Of a stretch of 64,000 nucleotides of DNA, positions 46,901-59,619 are shown one piece after another. Every line of letters begins with the position of its first letter. The stretch's first letter is position 1. This DNA is from Novakomyces olei (taxonomy: Eukaryota), in NCBI GenBank assembly GCA_016906335.1, contig JADEYG010000009.1, positions 1,178,001 to 1,242,000 of the forward strand, written 5' to 3'. Position numbers and translations under genes: made by a program. Under the pieces are notes generated by a model. It made no database searches, was not told where the DNA came from, and worked only from the letters and a program-made list of their open reading frames with translations.

Positions 46901-47486
46901 TTACGATAGCAACAGCACGGCAGTGTCCATCGGCGGACAATCGGATTGATTTCTTGCGAACGCTACATCGCCTTTTACAGATCGAAATCAAGCACGCCAT
47001 TAGCGATCAAGCACGGTTTGCTAATACGCACCGTGTCGACAAGAATTTTGAAGTCGGTCAGAAGTATGGCTAGTGAGAAAGAACATCAGTACCACTAGGC
47101 CAAGCGACAAGTTGGATTACAGGAAGATTGGACCCTTTGCAATCTTGGAACGTATCGGTTTACGTGCATACAAGTTGGATTTACCGAACACGATGAGAAT
47201 ACACCCAGTATTCCATGCTTCTTTATTGGAATCGTACAAGTCTACGTCTACGATTGTGCGACAGCAGACAGCACCACCACCACCAATAATAATTGAGAAT
47301 ACACCAGAGTGGGAGGTAGAGGAAGTGTTGGACTCAAGGAAGCGAAGAAACAAATTGGAATACTTCGTACACTGGAAGGGATACGATAGTGCTAATCGCA
47401 CTTGGGAGCCGGCAGGCAATTTGACAAATTGCGACGATTTAGTGAAAGAATTTCACAGATTACACCCGGCTAAGCCGAAGCTATGA
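43943..47486 (+). CDS. G1 pol (PR, RT, RH, IN, chromodomain), broken by five 1-bp deletions
   Basis: ORF pieces at 43874, 44257, 44631, 45968, 46759 and 47073 are collinear with E pol. Confidence 0.92.
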
Positions 47487-48739
47487 TGTTTACGTTAATC
47501 GCGATACAGGTTACGTATTCAACTCACGTAATCTTACGCAATCGCGAGACTCAACTCTTGATTTTTGTTTACGACTGCGATATAATACACAATTCGCACT
47601 AGTTATTTATCGCTATTTGGAAAAAACGTTTTTGAAAATCATGCAAAAAAAAAATTATTAAACTGAAGCTAACACCGCTTTAATTATTCACGGCGTTGAC
47701 AAAACGAACGCGACTATTATTTATCTTATCGCACGACATACACGCTTTATACGGACGAGCAATGAGAACACCGAGCAGAGATACGACTTGGTCCGCAGTT
47801 GAAAGACAGTATGGTCTACATGTGTTCGTGTCGCATTTGAATTTTCTTTCCTTACGCAAAGCAATGCGAACATTTATTTGATTGAGTTGATTTACCCATG
47901 CTATTTCATTGGAACGAGACTATGGAAGAGTTGCAATTTTTTATGCTTGGAGTGCCTTATTATATTGAAAGCTGGGAAGTCTGTTGTTTTTATTTTCGCC
48001 TTACTATTGTTTTGGGATATTTTATGTTTTGCGGGCGCGGGGACCTCGCCCAAGGGAGGGGGGGATACTGTCATGATCCTCGCCTTGACGAGTTCCTGAC
48101 AACCGCGTTGGGAAGCGAGGGGCGACGCCTGTAGTCGGACTTGGGATGTCCGCGCGTCGCAAGCTTCGCCAACGCGGCCCAAGACCAGTCGGCGCGTAAC
48201 GCGATGGTCTTGGGACGTAGAAGTTGTCTTAGTGTGCATGTAGGTACGCGCACTAAGCCAGCTTGGCCCACGGGAGCGAGGGGCTCCATGCACAATGTGC
48301 ACGGACCTCGCTTCCCGTTCTCATCCTCGCACGCTAGCGAGTGCGACCCTTCGCACTCCGCTAGCGCGAGAACATTCATAGTTATTTCCATAGACTAGTT
48401 TAGGCTGAGAGCTTCCCTCTCTAACTTGTGCGACCTTCGCATAAGTTAGCTTGGGAAGAGTAGTTTAGAATGCGAAGGAGCATCCGCTCCTCCGCAACTT
48501 AGTTTAGTTTATAGTTGCCCGTGAAGGCCTCTCGCCCTTCACGGGTTGATTATCTCAAAGTGGGAGTAATACATTATATTACTCCTGGTAAGCTTTACAG
48601 TAATCGCTTTCTGCTTTCCTGGTCTTTCTTATTCCTTTACTTTATTTAAACTATACACGGCCGGCCTCCAGCGATTGTAGCTGTAAGGACCGCCTTACAG
48701 AAATACTCTAGAGTGCGATAGGCCAACTTGACCACTAAC

Positions 48740-49390
48740 AAATAATAACTCTCCTTGAGCTGCGAAAATGCATCCTCGTGCTCCTTTGTCCAATCGTACT
48801 TTGCCCCTTTACCGAAAGAGCATAGAGGGGCGCTGTTTTGTCGGTAAACCTCTTGATAAATAGGCGATAGAAATTGATAAATCCTAAAAAGGACTGTAAC
48901 TATTTTACTGTCACCGGCCGCCTCCATTCGGTAATGGCTATTAGCTTTGATTTAGTCATCCCGACTTTTCCTGGGGAGACCTCGAATTCCAAAATCTCCA
49001 ATTTTTCTTAACTGAAGAGGCTTTTCTCTGGGTTAACATAGAGATGGTGTTCCTGCAATCGTTCGAGCACTTGTTTGACATGGCTCGGGTGTTCCTGTGT
49101 TGAATTTGAATATATTAGGATGTCGTCTAAGTATGCTATTACAAATTCGTCCGTTATACCTCTGAGTACATGATTTATCATTCGCTGGAAAGTGGATGGA
49201 GCGTTCATTAATCCGAAGGGCATCACTAGATATTCGAATAGCCCATATCGCGTTCGAAATGCCGTTTTCCATTCGTCACCTTCAGCGATTCGTACCTGAT
49301 AGTACGCGGATCTAAGGTCAAGGAGGGTGAATATTGTCGCCTCTCTTAAACGGTCTAGAAGTTCGCCTATTAATGGTAAGGACAATTTGT
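48740..49390 (-). pseudogene. Degenerate Gypsy RT fragment
   Basis: [29 protein letters not shown]. Confidence 0.9.
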
Positions 49391-49403
49391 CTTTCGTGTC
49401 ATT

Positions 49404-49857
49404 TGTGAAGAAAGGGGGAAAGGAAGGAAGAAAGGCGGAGCGAAACGTAGGCGTCTGAAGATAACAAAATATATATTAGAAAATATAGATAGAAAATTGA
49501 ATAGAAAACTGAATAGAAAAATATATAGAAAATGAATAGATAGAAATTAGAATAGATTAACCCGTGGGGAGCTGGGCTCACCACGGCGCTATTTATAAGC
49601 TACGGAGGGAGGAGAAAGGCGCAGCACGCTGCGAAGGGGCTGCGCCGGAAACGGAAAGAAGTAAACAAATAAATAGCGCAAAGTAAATAAACGCGCGGAA
49701 GTGTATAGACGAAATAAAAGAGGGGAAAAAGGTAAGTAATGAAGAGGGGATCCTAGGAAGGGATCCTAGGTAGAATCCTTGGTTGGGTAAACCCTAACCA
49801 TAACCCTAAACTATATCTATGACCCTAACCCTAACTAACCCTAAGTGGTTTATTACA
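49404..49857 (-). mobile_element. H-family LTR (CCCTAA repeats on the + strand)
   Basis: Near reverse complement of 39462-39904. Confidence 0.85.
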
Positions 49858-50089
49858 CGAACCCAGTAGAAGAACTCCTCTTCTTATACTTGGGCTCGGC
49901 TCGTTACTTGCCGAAGATCCCACTCTACGAAACTACCAAAGTAACTAACTTATTGCAGAAGTGCTAGAGTCTGCGCTCCAAGCGCTACTCTAAGAAACTT
50001 CCTACAATACTACTAACTAAACTAACTAAACTAAAATACGAAGTTGCTTACTCAAGTGCTCTCAGCACCTTTTTAAGCAACCCCTGACA

Positions 50090-53000
50090 CAGTATATTTT
50101 AATGATAAAATTATTCTTACAATATATGTGGATGGTCTTTTAATAATTGGAAAAGTTTCTGGAGAAAGAGATGAGTTTGAGCAATATCTCAAACCTCATT
50201 ATTCCATTAAATCTTTAGGAAGAATCAAAAAATATTTAGGAATGGACATTACATACGATCAAGACCTGGGAATTCTACAACTATCTCAGGCTTCTTACGC
50301 TGAATATATTGTTCAAACTTTTACCGATTCAAATCTTCGACCATTATCGCAACCGATCGTAAACATTAAAGCGTTATATCATCCCGCGGATGACAAAAAT
50401 AATAGCTTGGAAATATACGCTACGATAGTCGGAAAATTAATTTATCTTACAGAATGGACAAGACCAGATTTGCGATATGCAGAAAGTATGCTCAGTAAAC
50501 ATACAAAGTTTCAGAACGAAGAGCACCTACTGGCATTGTGTTAGGAGTGTAGATAATAAATAATTAAACATTGAATTACTTAAAGGGTCCTAAACGTGTA
50601 CGGATTAAATCTGGAACCTCGGCATTTGATTGATAATTAATCACGCCATAGCGGAAGCTGACTCATAATTAATCACGCCATTTCGGGCTTTCGGACAATG
50701 GATTATTAATCCATTACAGGAGTCTATAAAAAGGACACGGTTTCCCATAGTTTAGAACATAGTTTTTTCTATCTTTTAATTTATTTGTTACAACAGTGAG
50801 TTACCCTCACACATTGAACCATACAATAAGATATTTGAATTCAACAATCGAATTTAATATATCATATAATCGATTACCCAAAACGGAAATACTCGCGTGG
50901 TGTAAGGTGGCCCTTAGAGGGGAGCACCGTGGTGTAAACTCGCGTGTCGCTACAGGCGAACACGGACCGTCCTTTGCGAGACCGCTCGACAAAAGAAGTT
51001 CAATCGGGTACCGCGCGAAGCGAGTACCGAGAAACGGGAACGTAGATTTGCGCCCAGCGCAAGAACTAAGGAAAAGGAAAAGGGCGTTGTCCTTGAAAAG
51101 GCGACGGCGCTTCTCTAAAGCTTACCTGCTACAAGGCTATGTAGCAACTTTGAGATTATAAGCCTGTGGAGAGAGTTCTCTCTATGGGCGACGATGTAGA
51201 CTATCCTATGAGGCTTAGCGGCTCGCTTAGCCACTTCGCGGCCTAAGCCTCATCCCACCACGATCTCAATGCGATGGTCCCAGACCATCCGCATTGGGAA
51301 AGCGGTGGCGAGCTATGTACTCTATAGATCGATCTATCTAGCCTCGTAGCGATGCGCGATCGCTACTACTACTGTCATGCGCCGCGACGTGCCTACGTCG
51401 CGCGGGCATGGACGTGGACCTGCTTCGCGCGAGCCAGGTCCAACATTACCTCGCGCGAGCTATTTAGATCTATCTAGCCTGAAGTCATCGCCTTTGGCGC
51501 TACAGGACTTCAGGCGTCGTTCGCTGTCGTGGTTCGCGCGAGGCGGGGATCATGACACGTGGGCTGACTCTGACTTTGCAATAGACACTACTGATCGCAA
51601 GTCAAGATCAGGATATGTTTGTTCAATTGGCAACAACAATTGACCGATCGCATGGAACTCAAGAAAGCAAAAAATAGTAACATCAAGTACTATGATGGCT
51701 GAATTTGAAGCGCTCAAGATAACAATCAACCAAGCGCTCTATTTCAAATGTTTATTACAAGAGATCAATGTTAAGGAAAATTATACACCAATTATTAACT
51801 GCCACAACAAGGTGTGTATACTTCTAGCAACAGGAGGAAACTATCTGTTAGCGGTCGAAATTACTCTCGCGCTCTGTAGTAATAAAACCAATAAATTAAC
51901 TTAAGAACAAGGCTGCCTCAAGGGAGCCTGACGATAGATAGTAACTAGACAATGACAAACAATTGTAAAACACAGTAAAACAGTTGAAAGCCCTGTCCAG
52001 CAGGGCCAAGGCCAAGGGCGCCTTATATACTAACTAAAACAAAGAAAATTACCTATTTAGTCTACAAGGGAGATTAAGATAGGTCTTAATCCTTAACTAT
52101 CAAGGCTCTAAACATTTAAGTAATACAAGCTACTTGTGAGGATTACTCACTGTTGTAACTTATTAAATTAAAATTGAGATAGAAAAACTATGGGAAACCG
52201 TGTCCTTTTATAGACTCCTGTATTGGATTAATAATCCATTGTCCAAAATTCCGAAATGGCGTGATAAATTATGAGTCATCCATGACTAATTATGAGTCAG
52301 CTTCCGCTATGGCGTGATTAATTATCAATCAAATGCCGAGGTTTAGACCAATCCGTACAAGTTTAGATTACTCTAAGTAATTCAATATGTTTTTAATTGT
52401 TTTTACTGTCTACACTCCTAACACTATTATGTGATGTGTGAAGTTCGAACAGTTGATATTAACTATTTAACTGTAGAAAAGAATGTTAAAGGTCCCCCAA
52501 GGTGTCATGAAATGACATAGTACAGCAGTTGGCGTTGTCGACGCTGTCTGCTGAGAGTTCGTTGTTTGAAGTTTTGTATTTGTTTTATAGTGTAAGAGTC
52601 TCTATCAGAGGCTTGAGCACTAAGTTCGTACTTTTTGTTAGTTTAGTGTTTTAGTGTGCTTGACTCTTTTAGAGTCATATGCACTCTATAGTGTTTCAGC
52701 CCACTTATACTCAACTACAAGAAGGCTTAGTTAGTTTAGGATCACGCCACTATTGCGTGATCGGAAGGACTATATAGAGGACCCAACTCCTCTTAGTCCT
52801 TCGTGCGATATATTATTATTATTCATTAATTAATTAATTTACGTATTAACACTATTCTATTAGTGAGCGTTTAGTACCACTAAGTTTTCCTGGCGACCCC
52901 CTGCTGGAAGGTCAGCGTGCTTACAGACCGCAGTGGCACTGAACCGGACACAGAGGTTGTGTCAAAGCCCGGAAAGGAGGACTTCAACACTACCCGTCCC

Positions 53001-54005
53001 CCTTCCTTAACAAAAGGCTCAGAGGTGTTAAGAGTTACATGTTATGGGTCACAGTTTGTGCTGACTGAGTTGGCTTGTAAGTCTGAAGGGGTTTGGCCAG
53101 TAACGCGATGGCCGTGGCAGGGAGTCGGAGTAGGAGAAAGCAATAGACTCAGAACTCAATAAACTCAATTAAACTCGTAACTTAAATAACCGTCAAGTCT
53201 CAATAGGCGGCGTTGAAGGGCCTATTTATAGACTTGACTACTAACTAAACTAACAAGTACTATAGAACACTATAGAACTTTCTACGAACCGTAAGCTCAA
53301 GTTAACGGAAATACCGCAACTGAACTCTATTAGCGTTTGAGAACGCTAATTAATGTCATGCATATGACAAGAGGCGCTGTCAGGGATATATATATATTAT
53401 TCAATAATAGATCTGGTAAAGACAGAATGTAGAAATTAGAGGAGATTTCAGAAAGTAAAGTAGAGAGTGAATTATTCATGTAAAGACAGTGATTTTTTAA
53501 AATAATAGAGTTAAATATAAAATATAGAGTCAACTTCTCAACATGATGGATTACATTAAACAAGGACTAGTCAAATTACAAAGATGTCCTACAGAGAAGA
53601 TGAGAGCAGACGGATTAACAAAAAATTTAATCGGAAATAAGTTTAGGAAATTTGTTCAACTTTTATTTTATGGCTCGTGAATTCTATTATTTAATTTAAT
53701 TGTGTGATCGATACTGATTTTATAAGTTCTAAGAGTCTTGGGGAGTGTTGAAATATGGACTCGGTCAACTTATAAATTTACTTTTCTAAATACTCTCGTT
53801 CCTTTAGCCAAATTTGAAACTAATACGATCTGCCTTTACCCCGTATTTACTTACCTACTTTCTGGATATGAATATATATATCCATGGATGAATCCCTTTG
53901 ACTTGGGGGAATTTCACTGTCTTTACTGTAGCAAGATTATCAATATTAACCGTTCGAACAACCTATCCAACAATATTTACATCAATAATTTTAACATTTA
54001 CAACA
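50090..54005 (+). mobile_element. Old Copia RT/RNase H remnant with 3' LTR (from 53746), interrupted by several solo LTRs
   Basis: YVDG, TRPDL, W|ADSDFA, MRADGLTK; PPT TTGGGGAG at ~53738; inserted LTRs at 50539-50811 (TSD CATTG), 50901-51557 (CGTGG), 52135-52423, 52503-53012 and 53026-53369 (AGAGG). Confidence 0.85.
50901..51557 (-). mobile_element. Solo LTR of Gypsy E (internal ~49-bp deletion)
   Basis: TSD CGTGG; matches 20997-21702. Confidence 0.95.
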
Positions 54006-54140
54006 CTAACTCTTTGTCATTAATGTGATCTAGAAGCAGATATTAACCTTAATCGTTTAGAGACAAGAAAATTGGCCCTAATACTAGATTGTGATAATCT
54101 ATATTCGGATTACCATGATAGGTATCCTATCTTATATCGA

Positions 54141-55400
54141 ATGGCGTTGAAAAGGCGATTCTGCGATGAAGAGGGCGACAGTGAAGGCCCAAGAGCCGTA
54201 CCAATGAGTCGAGTGCCATTGGCTTCGATATCAACTCAGCAAGTTCTTTTTCGTCAACCAGCTCAGGTTGCATGTTTCAGTTTGGATGGAGACAAACGGC
54301 AATCCCTGGACGCTTCGCAATTGGTACAATTTCTAGCCCATTACCTATTTTTGCTAATGCAACTGCAGCGTTATTATCGTGCCCCTTCATTGCCAGCCGA
54401 TTTGAATATTGGATTTCCCGACCAGTATATCAAGGCAGACGATGCTGCTGACGGTCAACTATCGCCCTTACTCTTCGCCTTGCGGAGCGCTGAGGCTATT
54501 ATACAGGCTGAATTTGTTACTTGGCGGGGTCTGTTCACGAAATTGATGTGCACGATATCGCATCCAGCAGACGCATGGGAATTAAAAGCTACGCGCCGCG
54601 ATGTACGCCTCTTTCTCTTTGGACTTTTGTTACTTTGTTTCATTTTGCGAGATATTGATCTTTATGAAGGGTGTCATATACATCGAGGAAGAAAAAGAAG
54701 TTCTTAAGAATAATAGATTTCCTGGGAGTGAGCGTATGACGTATTGGGGATATAAGTTTGAAAATTTAGCGACATTTCCAAGACAATCCTCAGCTAGACG
54801 CGCTCACGCGCCGGTGAACACGAATGAGCAGTATTGCTCTATAATACGTACACGCGTTGGAACACATCGCGTCATTTTGGGTGGTGAGGTCGACTGTGTG
54901 TTGGGTATGTCTGATTCATTCATTCCCTTCTAATATATATAGAGGAAACTACAACTCCTGAAGGAACTGCCAGCAAGGGCTACGTAGAGCTCAAGACGTC
55001 AAAACTGATTAGCAGCGATCGCGATATGAGGAGCTTTTGCCAACGCAAGCTGCCAAAATTCTGGGCTCAGAGCTTTCTGCTAGGCGTCCCGCTAATAATA
55101 GTAGGGTTTCGGGATGAGCAGGGGATTGTTCGCAAACTACAAGAATACAAGACAATGGAAATACCTCGTTTTGCTCGTGAGCAGTATGCAAAGCTTGAAA
55201 ATTCTGGACAAAACTGGCGGCCATGGAATGCAAACGAAATGCTACAATGTTTGCAAACAGTGCTTGATGCTATTAAACGGACTATTACTACAGATGGCGG
55301 ACTGTGGCGTATCCGTTACCGGCAGCATTCACGTGAAGTTGAGATATTTCGCGTCGAGGAAAGAGGAAACGGCTTCCTGCCTCCGTGGTTTACAGCATGA
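54141..55400 (+). CDS. RAI1: RAI1/DXO-family decapping nuclease (4 exons; introns ~54324-54368, 54603-54669, 54905-54942)
   Basis: FVTWRGLFTKLM, YWGYKFE, GGEVDC, YVELKTSK and KFWAQSFLLG motifs; GT...AG introns restore the frame. Confidence 0.88.
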
Positions 55401-56093
55401 TTAGTTTTGGAATAAATAAGGATTACCCACAAAAATTATCTCTCAAATTGCTCAATAACTATATCACGCTCCCACAACCGATCCTATAGAAATATTGACA
55501 AATCAGCGCTAGCATCCTTTCCATATTTCCGCCAGATGGATTGTGCACAATGATAGTTCTGTCGTATTAGCAATTTATGAAATAGATTTACATTGAGCGT
55601 AGCTGCATGATTCTCAGAATTAAAAGGCAATATCGTTTGTCTTCGTTTGCTAAAGCATTGGAACAGGTCTGATAGTGTTTCATCATTGAATCTAGTAGCA
55701 TAGCGCGAATTGGCTTACCTCGACTATGTCTCTCGCGACTGTGGTACGGTCAAAGAGCTCAAAGGTGATAGATCATTTTAGATAGGAAAAATTGTAGAAA
55801 ATTTCTGCCATGCATATCATTATTAGCCTAGTTTATGTGTCTGTATTATTATCATTATTAATGCCTCACATAATAAATTTAATTAATTTTTCCTTCCTCA
55901 ACATACTCCAAGGCACTTCACTGCTTGCTTAAGATCCTTCAAATTACCAGCGAGTTGCCGCGGATTGCAGCCGCTGTCATTGCCGCGTGCAGTCAAAGTG
56001 CCGCTTCTGTCAACTAACGGCTTTTTAACTGGCGCCGTTGCTTTTGCTCGTCGTTATCAGAATAAATCATCGGGTATCTACTTTTCACTCAGA

Positions 56094-59000
56094 ATGACGT
56101 CCACTGTGGCCGGAAATCCACAAGGCAAGATGCAACTGGAAAATACATCGAAAAGAGATTTGCTTATTTCATACGAAACGCGGTTTCAAAAGCAATGGGC
56201 GGAGGATCATTTGTTCGAGATTGATCCGCCTGCTGAGTGCACCACTCTCGGCCCGGCAGAGCTGCACAAAAAGTACCCCAAATTCTTTGGTTGCATGGCC
56301 TATCCTTATATGAATGGAACACTTCACTTAGGCCATGCCTTTACTGCAACAAAGGTCGAGTTTGCAGCCGGTTACGAGCGTCTCCAGGGCAAGCGAGCAC
56401 TTTTTCCTATGGGGTTCCATTGTACGGGTATGCCTATCCGTGCTAACGCAGATAAATTGCAGCGGGAGCTTGAAATGTTTGGCAATGACCTTGTGCTTCC
56501 AGAAGATAAGCAAGAGGACAGCGGTAAGGACAGTGCAGCTGCTCCTAACGGAGAACGGGAGAAAATTGATCCCACAAAGTTTCAAGCAAAGAAAAGCAAG
56601 GCTACTGCTAAATCATCGAACCTTACATATCAATTTCAGATCATGGAATCCACCGGCGTTCCAAGGGCAATGATACCGGAGTTTTCAAATACAGATAAGT
56701 GGTTGGAGTATTACCCACAAAAGTGCCGTGAGGACTGCACAAAGCTTGGGCTACGTATCGATTGGCGCAGGTCGTTTATTACGACAGACGCGAACCCGTA
56801 CTATGATGCCTTTGTACGCTGGCAAATGAACAAATTACATGGCTTGAACAAGGTCAAGTTTGGCGAGCGCTATACTATTTATTCCGCCAAGGACGGACAG
56901 CCTTGCATGGACCATGATCGTAAGGAAGGCGAAGGCATTGGACCTCAAGAATACACTGCGATCAAGATGAAGGTAGTCGAGTTTCCGGAAGCTGCTAGTC
57001 AAGTGCTCAGGGACCCTGTGGATCAGGGAAAAACGATTTTTCTTATTGCTGCTACTCTGCGCCCAGAGACAATGTATGGACAGACAAACTGCTTTGTCGG
57101 TCCTCATATTGAGTACGGAGTCTACGAGAGCAATCGGCCAGGTGAGCTTTTTGTTTGCACTCCCCGTGCGGCCAAGAACCTGGCTTTCCAAAAATTTTCT
57201 CCTGAACGTGGTGAGGTTCGCGAGGTCGCTAAATTGCCTGGCAGCGCTCTAGTGGGGGCCGGTGTGCGTGCTCCATTGAGTGCTTATGATCTGGTTCGTG
57301 TGCTGCCAATGGAGACAGTTATGGCAACAAAAGGGACGGGAGTAGTGACGTCAGTCCCAAGTGATTCGCCGGATGATTTTGCAACGTATTCTGAATTACG
57401 GAAAAAGTCTGCCTTTTACCATATCAAACCTGAATGGGTTGAGCATGAAATTATCCCCATCATCCATACCCCAACGTATGGAGACAGTTGTGCTGCTGAG
57501 CTTTGCAAGTCTATGAAGATCAACAGCCCCAAGGACAGTGTGCAATTGGCTAAGGCTAAGGAGCTTGCTTACAAGGAAGGCTTTTATCAGGGTGTCATGC
57601 TAGTAGGGAAATACAAAGGCGAGAAAGTAGAGGCAGCAAAACCCAAAGTGCGCCAGGATTTGATCGCACAAGATCTAGCCTTTGTGTATAACGAACCGGA
57701 AGGCAGAGTCATCTCCCGGTCTGGTGATGAATGCTGTGTGGCCCTCTGTGACCAGTGGTATCTGGACTATGGCGAAGCTGAATGGAAAAAGGAGACTGAA
57801 CGTCTTCTTCAGAATATGGACACTTACTCTGTCGACGTGCGCAACGCTTTCAAGCACACTTTGGACTGGTTGAATCAATGGGCCTGTGCAAGATCCTATG
57901 GGCTCGGTACACATTTGCCCTGGGATCCTCAGTTTCTGGTGGAATCATTGACTGACTCGACAATCTACATGGCCTATTACACAATCTGCCATCATTTACA
58001 TGCCACCATCAACGGTAGTCGGGAGGGTGATTACAAAATTGCAGCACAAGATATGACTGATTCAGTGTGGGAGTATGTGTATTGCCGAGGTCCCTACCCC
58101 TCTGGGACGTGTATTCCGAGGGAGATTCTAAGCAAGTTAAAGGGGGAGTTTGAGTACTTCTACCCTGTAGATGTACGAGTGTCCGGGAAAGATTTGATTA
58201 ATAACCATCTTACGTTTTGGATTTATACGCATGCCGCTTTATTTGAAGAGGACCAGTGGCCCCGAAGTGTGCGAACTAACGGGCACCTTTTGCTAAATGG
58301 AGAAAAGATGTCAAAGGCCACTGGAAACTTTATCACCCTGCGGGACGCCTGTACTAAGTTTGGCACTGATGCAGTACGTATCGCGCTGGCAGATGCAGGA
58401 GACGCTATGGAGGATGCTAATTTCGAAGAAGCTACCGCAAACGCAGCCATATTGCGCCTACACACACTTGACCAGTGGTGCCAGGATGTAATTGCGAATA
58501 AAGACAGCTTGCGTACGGGCGACAAGACCTTTCATGACTGTGCTTTTGAAAACGAAATAAACTACCTTATTCGGTTGACCGATCGCACGTACAAATCTGC
58601 CCTGTATAAAGAAGCCTTGAAGCACGGCTTTTACAATCTTCTGAGTGCTCGTGACTGGTATCGCGAAGTGACTGCTGATACGAGAATGCACTCCGACCTT
58701 ACTCTCTGGTGGATCAAAGTGCAAGCGCTTTTGCTGTCTCCTGTGGCGCCACACTGGGCTGATCACGTGTGGCAAGATCTTTTTGGCTATAGCCACTCCA
58801 TTCAGACGGCAAAGTTCCCCGAGCCAACAGCTCCAAATGACTCTGTGCTGAACAACGCTTTAGAGTATCTGCGAGGCCTCGTGCGGGAGATACACGTTGC
58901 GGAAAATTTGCAGACAAAGAAGCAGAAGAAGGGCAAAGGTATAGTATTCGATCCGCGAAAACCTAAGGTTTTGCACATTTATGTCTCACAAAAATTCCCT

Positions 59001-59417
59001 GAATGGCAGGACCATTACGTTCAATTAATTAAAGAGCATTACGACGAAGCCAGTAATACCGTGGACGACAAGGCACTTATGCCAATGATTAATAAAGGCA
59101 CGTCTAACAAGAAGGCAATGCCTTTTGTCCAGGCGTTCAAGCGACTTTTGACGTCTCGGTCAGAGGGCACACCGGCAGGTTTTATATTCGATCGTGAACT
59201 TGGCTTTGATGAGTTTGAAATTCTTGCTCATACGACGTCATACATAAAAAATACGACTGGGGTCAAACACGTGTACTTGGTGAAGCTGTCGCCTAAGCCT
59301 GAGGGTGAAGGCTTTGTAGGGCAAGTGGATGGCAAGCAAGTCGATGTTGTGCAGCAGTATGCAGAAGCTTCGGAGCCGGGACACCCGGCATTCTTGCTGG
59401 AAAATATTACAGAGTAG
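56094..59417 (+). CDS. CDC60: Cytosolic leucyl-tRNA synthetase
   Basis: PYMNGTLHLGH, ATLRPET, GTGVVTSVPSDSPDD editing motif, KMSK; first ATG at 56094. Confidence 0.97.
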   Translation: MTSTVAGNPQGKMQLENTSKRDLLISYETRFQKQWAEDHLFEIDPPAECTTLGPAELHKKYPKFFGCMAYPYMNGTLHLGHAFTATKVEFAAGYERLQGKRALFPMGFHCTGMPIRANADKLQRELEMFGNDLVLPEDKQEDSGKDSAAAPNGEREKIDPTKFQAKKSKATAKSSNLTYQFQIMESTGVPRAMIPEFSNTDKWLEYYPQKCREDCTKLGLRIDWRRSFITTDANPYYDAFVRWQMNKLHGLNKVKFGERYTIYSAKDGQPCMDHDRKEGEGIGPQEYTAIKMKVVEFPEAASQVLRDPVDQGKTIFLIAATLRPETMYGQTNCFVGPHIEYGVYESNRPGELFVCTPRAAKNLAFQKFSPERGEVREVAKLPGSALVGAGVRAPLSAYDLVRVLPMETVMATKGTGVVTSVPSDSPDDFATYSELRKKSAFYHIKPEWVEHEIIPIIHTPTYGDSCAAELCKSMKINSPKDSVQLAKAKELAYKEGFYQGVMLVGKYKGEKVEAAKPKVRQDLIAQDLAFVYNEPEGRVISRSGDECCVALCDQWYLDYGEAEWKKETERLLQNMDTYSVDVRNAFKHTLDWLNQWACARSYGLGTHLPWDPQFLVESLTDSTIYMAYYTICHHLHATINGSREGDYKIAAQDMTDSVWEYVYCRGPYPSGTCIPREILSKLKGEFEYFYPVDVRVSGKDLINNHLTFWIYTHAALFEEDQWPRSVRTNGHLLLNGEKMSKATGNFITLRDACTKFGTDAVRIALADAGDAMEDANFEEATANAAILRLHTLDQWCQDVIANKDSLRTGDKTFHDCAFENEINYLIRLTDRTYKSALYKEALKHGFYNLLSARDWYREVTADTRMHSDLTLWWIKVQALLLSPVAPHWADHVWQDLFGYSHSIQTAKFPEPTAPNDSVLNNALEYLRGLVREIHVAENLQTKKQKKGKGIVFDPRKPKVLHIYVSQKFPEWQDHYVQLIKEHYDEASNTVDDKALMPMINKGTSNKKAMPFVQAFKRLLTSRSEGTPAGFIFDRELGFDEFEILAHTTSYIKNTTGVKHVYLVKLSPKPEGEGFVGQVDGKQVDVVQQYAEASEPGHPAFLLENITE

Positions 59418-59619
59418 ACGACACAGATGATAAAAATCGGGGAGAAATAATAGATGATTTCACATGATTAATAATATTGTTGTTTTTAGATTTATTGCTC
59501 CACGTACCAGAGCAGGTGCCAATTATCTCAAGTGCTAATCTAACGGTGCGAATGTAAAGGAAAATGTTGCGCTGGGAAAATATGGCTGGATTTTGTGGGT
59601 GTGAAATTCTGGCATGATG

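Larger units (their letters stand above)
42071..48699 (+). mobile_element. Full-length Ty3/Gypsy chromovirus G1 (631-bp LTRs), related to E
   Basis: Apparently identical LTRs at 42071-42701 and 48069-48699; TSD GAAAT; PPT 48052-48068. Confidence 0.97.

Noticed and set aside
47690-47899. Cys-rich antisense text in the G1 3' region (two CSHC motifs, CMSC), a possible counterpart of the E Zn-cluster gene
   Set aside because: Motifs fall in different frames with stops; cannot be rebuilt without assuming several errors or introns.
55965-56093. N-terminal extension of the LeuRS ORF from a TTG codon
   Set aside because: Could be a non-AUG targeting extension, but there is no evidence beyond an open frame; the first ATG was used.
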